Positions 60,538 to 64,000 of a DNA stretch of 64,000 bases are shown piece after piece. The stretch is taken from positions 62,001-126,000 of the forward strand of contig RBZT01000751.1 of assembly GCA_003693705.1 (NCBI GenBank), written 5' to 3'. This stretch comes from Polymyxa betae A26-41 (taxonomy: Eukaryota; Protista; Endomyxa: Phytomyxea). Position 1 is the first letter of the stretch. Each line of letters begins with the position of its first letter. The translations under genes and the position numbers were made by a program. The notes below the pieces were generated by a model. The model was given only the letters and a program-made list of their open reading frames with translations. It was not told the origin of the DNA and made no database searches.

Positions 60538-61821
60538 CTGAGTTCAGAATAAACGTCACGTTTTTGTTCCAAAAGAAAGTATCACTTCCTATCAAATGTA
60601 GTAATAACTCTTAAATCTTGTACAGTACCTTGATAGTGAGACGAGTCAGTGCTGATCCTGTCGAGAGTCCATCTATCCACCTTATCTCTCGGATCACTTC
60701 TTTCCGTTTGTAATAATATGACAGTCGGTTGCACGAATTGAGCAATGGCTATATTTCGTATCATCAGATTTCGTTGATGTAATTACAGATTGAAAAGGCT
60801 GGGAATTACGCTTCTGTTGGGAAACATCATCAGTGTGAATAGTGGCACAAAATCTTCAGAAGGTGAATGGGATGGATATCGACTATCAACAGTTGAGGTC
60901 GTCATCGAGTGAGTTTCGCTGGATGACGAATTCCATCACCAGGTAAACTAGTGACAACCGAACTTTCATCTATCATATCAACCGCAACAATGTAATTCTC
61001 TCCAGCTGGTAATAAAGTGTGATTTTTAGTTTGGACGCATTTACCAGAAAACAAACGGGCACCTTCATTAGACCGAACAATTGAAATTTTGCTATTTCTT
61101 GGGAGTATTCTTTCTAATATTACAAACACTGGAGAGATGTAAGCAATTATAGATTAGTAATTACAATTGGAGGATTCCCTCCATGCTGCAATAACGGGCT
61201 GCTGGTTTTTCTGTGATGCCTGTTGCAGCAACGTCTTCTCGTACTCTGGATTCCATGAAACTATTGATTGCGTATGAATATCTGTGTTGCAATACTGCTG
61301 AACTATGAATACCTGGTTGTGGTATAATCAACGTCTAAGAGCAATTATCTCCATATAATGTTTTGTGCTTGGAGAAACAATCTCAATCTTCTCAAGCAAA
61401 CATTTTACAAGTTGATTGTTCATTTGGTGTTTTTCTTTCGTTTTCAGTGTTCTATGCCCCATTCAATATAGGAGTTCAAATTAATCGTTGTAAATCATGC
61501 TTTTCCTCCCAAGAATCTCGGCAAATCTGATCGCACAAACATGAAACATCACATTCACATATTTTAGAATGTACGGACAATTAGGATTCGGAAACCGATG
61601 AATAGTTGAAATATGAAAGCAGAAAGAGAATATGCGGACATCATCTAGTTGGCAGGATACCAGCTTGTGGCGCTGATCACCTGAGTTCGACTCTCAGTGT
61701 CCGCAATGTTCTTTTGTCGATCTGATTATCCAGCAAATCCTGCTATCTGGCATTAGTATGACACACCCGCTGTTGAATTACGTCAGGCATCAGCTTTGAC
61801 TTCCCGTGACCGCCAAAAAGT

Positions 61822-62080
61822 CATCGGGCCAGTCTCTTACTGACGATTGTGATCCGTCTCACCCTATTTTCCATCATTCTGTCTGGTGATTCAATCTCTG
61901 CAATCCAATGTTCAAGGAGTTGAGCAAGGCGCTCTTCAAGACAAAGCGACGTCAAATCCTGATGATGATGCCATCTGCCGCTTGTACACATTCGTACTCA
62001 ACGAAGATAGGGTCCATCGTATTGTACACTGTCCTGATGACGGTCACGAAGGTATTTGTCGACCAATATCCAGCCCATGA
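61822..62080 (+). pseudogene. SNVQG family member 3 with a disrupted signal-peptide region
   Basis: QSLQSNVQGVEQGALQD is intact; hydrophobic leader LLLTIVIRLTLF lies in another frame (shift near the T run at 61867-61870); no in-frame ATG. Confidence 0.6.
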
Positions 62081-62297
62081 TCAGAAATACGTTTCCAATA
62101 ATCCACATTCTTCTCCGCTAAACGAAATCTGCACCTCGTTGTTACGTCGCGACGAGATACAAACAATCTCTTATGAGAAACGGGTTCTGAAATAGTTCAG
62201 TGACTTTGCATCAATCGTAATCAACGATTTGAAGGTTGTATTCAGAGAGAAAGTTCCGCAGGTGCGCAGCCCACATCTTATTGTAATCTGTTCAATC

Positions 62298-64000
62298 ATG
62301 AGGGTGAAGCTACTCGATGGTGACGTTTTCGATCTCGATCTTGAGGTCACCGACACAACCATGGTCGACGAACTCAAGCGGATGATCGCCGAGCACGGCA
62401 GTGGCGCGCCCATCGATCGCCAGCGTGTGATTTTTCGCGGCAAGGTTCTCAAGGAGGGTCATACTCTGCGAGAATATGGTAGAGGGCGATTTGTAATCAG
62501 CCGAACTGTTTGTTTTAATCGTTTTTTTAGGTGTTGCTGCAGACTCAACAGTTCATTTAGTGACTCGTCCAGATACTGCCACCAATCCGCCTCAAACCGA
62601 ACCTGCAGCCATCCCGGAACCTGTCCCTCCAGCTGCTTTAGGCGCCGGAGGCGTGTTCATGTCCACTGTGAACATCGGCGAAGGCGATGCATTGCCGGAT
62701 TTCAACGATATCGTCAACCGCATGCTGACGTCGATTCCCGGCGCGCTCGGCGCCGCCGCTGCCACGACGATGCCCTCGACAGCGCCGCCTCAGGCGATCG
62801 CCGCGCTGTCAGCCGTGGACGGTATCAGGCAGCAGCTGAACCATGTCGCCCGGGCGCTCTCTGCCAACGAAGCTGTCAATGATCTGTCCCTAGCTAACGA
62901 CGTCCCTTCGGTCGCGCAAACGACCGCCCAACTACGAGAGCTCTGCTCCGCTTTGATCGTCCTGCTCAATCAGGTCCAAGGCGTCCTGCAGCGTCCTTCG
63001 TTAGCAACGGACCCGGAATCGCGAGCATCCACCGAACGTATCTGCAGCCAGCTGGCACAGGCGCTGGGCATGCTGGGCCCGGCCGTGCAGCAGCTGGGCG
63101 GCATACTGGCCCAGACCCAACTCGGGTCGGCCCCCGGACAGGAACACATCCAACTGCCTACAGCTGGCGTCACGGTCGCCATTCACGTCCCCGACAATGA
63201 CGGCGCCGCACCAGCGGAGCCGTCGGCTTCGCTGCCGGCCAACGGCCAGCCCGAGATGGCACCGCAGGCGTTCGCCCTGAATGGCCCGATCGGCGTTCGA
63301 GCGCGACGCGCAACGGCGCGCTCGTCGTCCAGCGATCGGTCGTTGAGCAATAACCGACCGTCGGCTGCCAGGCCCATGCTGCTGAATAACAGTATCGACC
63401 CGAATCAGAATCGGCCGGATCTATCTGCGATGCTGAATTCAGTTGCGACGATGCTGGGTGGCCATATGCGCCCTGGTCAAGTCCAAGGAGCATTGCCGCA
63501 GGCAGCTTTATTCCGGCCTTCAGCTACACAGGCGCCGGCCTCGCAACTACCGGGGCAGCAGTCGTCGTCTGCAACTCAAAGGACGGGGTCGCCGCAGCCC
63601 AATGGACCTCCACGCCCAGCGGGCCTTCCTGGAGCGGATCTGTTCCAGATGGTGGCACCGATGGTGTCTTCGATGCTGGGTGGCGTTGGCCACGCTACCG
63701 GCAGCATTGCGGATTTGGCGTCCTTCTTGCCTCATGGTGATACTTCCGACGAAGCTCCGAATCAGTTCGATGCGTTCTTGCATCACATCATGTCGAGACT
63801 GCAATTGTCCGATCTGATGGCTCTGTTTGGTGGCGATTGGTCCTGTCTGGAACCGATGCATCGCGACATTCGCTCCTCGCTTATTGAGAACTTCATGCAC
63901 GGCACTGATACGCCCGAGACTCGTCGACAAGTTGTTGATTCGATCACTGAATATCTGATCTCTCATATCAATGACGACGATGCTATCAATCCCGTGCGGT
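62298..64000 (+). CDS. N-terminal ubiquitin-like domain protein, BAG6/Scythe-like; runs off the window
   Basis: VKLLDG...RQRVIFRGKVLKEGHTLREY|GVAADSTVHLVTR followed by a long Pro/Ala/Gln-rich region. Confidence 0.75.

Noticed and set aside
60582-61400. Minus-strand ORF fragments between SNVQG members 2 and 3
   Set aside because: No SNVQG motif, signal peptide or known domain; may be a relic but cannot be supported
1-64000. tRNA, rRNA or other structured RNA genes
   Set aside because: None recognised by eye; tRNAscan-SE/Infernal would be needed to exclude them

Overview
Gene-dense eukaryotic nuclear DNA. It uses the standard code, has many short (~45-65 nt) GT-AG introns plus a few GC-AG introns, and very short intergenic spacers. 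The compact style together with WASP and actin regulators suggests an amoeboid protist, possibly a plasmodiophorid plant parasite; this is inference only. Housekeeping genes include RPS24, DnaJ, TFIIH p44 and p52, SDE2, a MEF2-type MADS-box factor, mL53, an M3 oligopeptidase, PTH2, TFIIB, FEN1, V-ATPase C, WASP, uridine kinase, an SDR, eIF3f, a Derlin/rhomboid-like protein, PRP40 and a BAG6-like protein. The most notable items are: (1) three divergent MLO-like multi-pass membrane genes with a greatly enlarged loop before the last two helices, two of them head-to-head; (2) a cluster of small secreted proteins sharing an SL(Q/P)SNVQG motif after the signal peptide and variable Cys/His C-termini, with MEF2-type sites in the shared promoter; (3) a ~1830-aa predicted GPI-anchored mucin with one SUEL lectin domain, four miniature SUEL-like repeats and exon-encoded His-His repeats; (4) a stand-alone cytidylyltransferase resembling the domain fused to bacterial PEP mutases; (5) an SH3-4xLIM-villin headpiece protein; (6) a 601-bp Harbinger derivative with TIRs and TSD, and a pogo-like remnant. 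Exon structures and family calls were made by eye from motifs; no searches were run.
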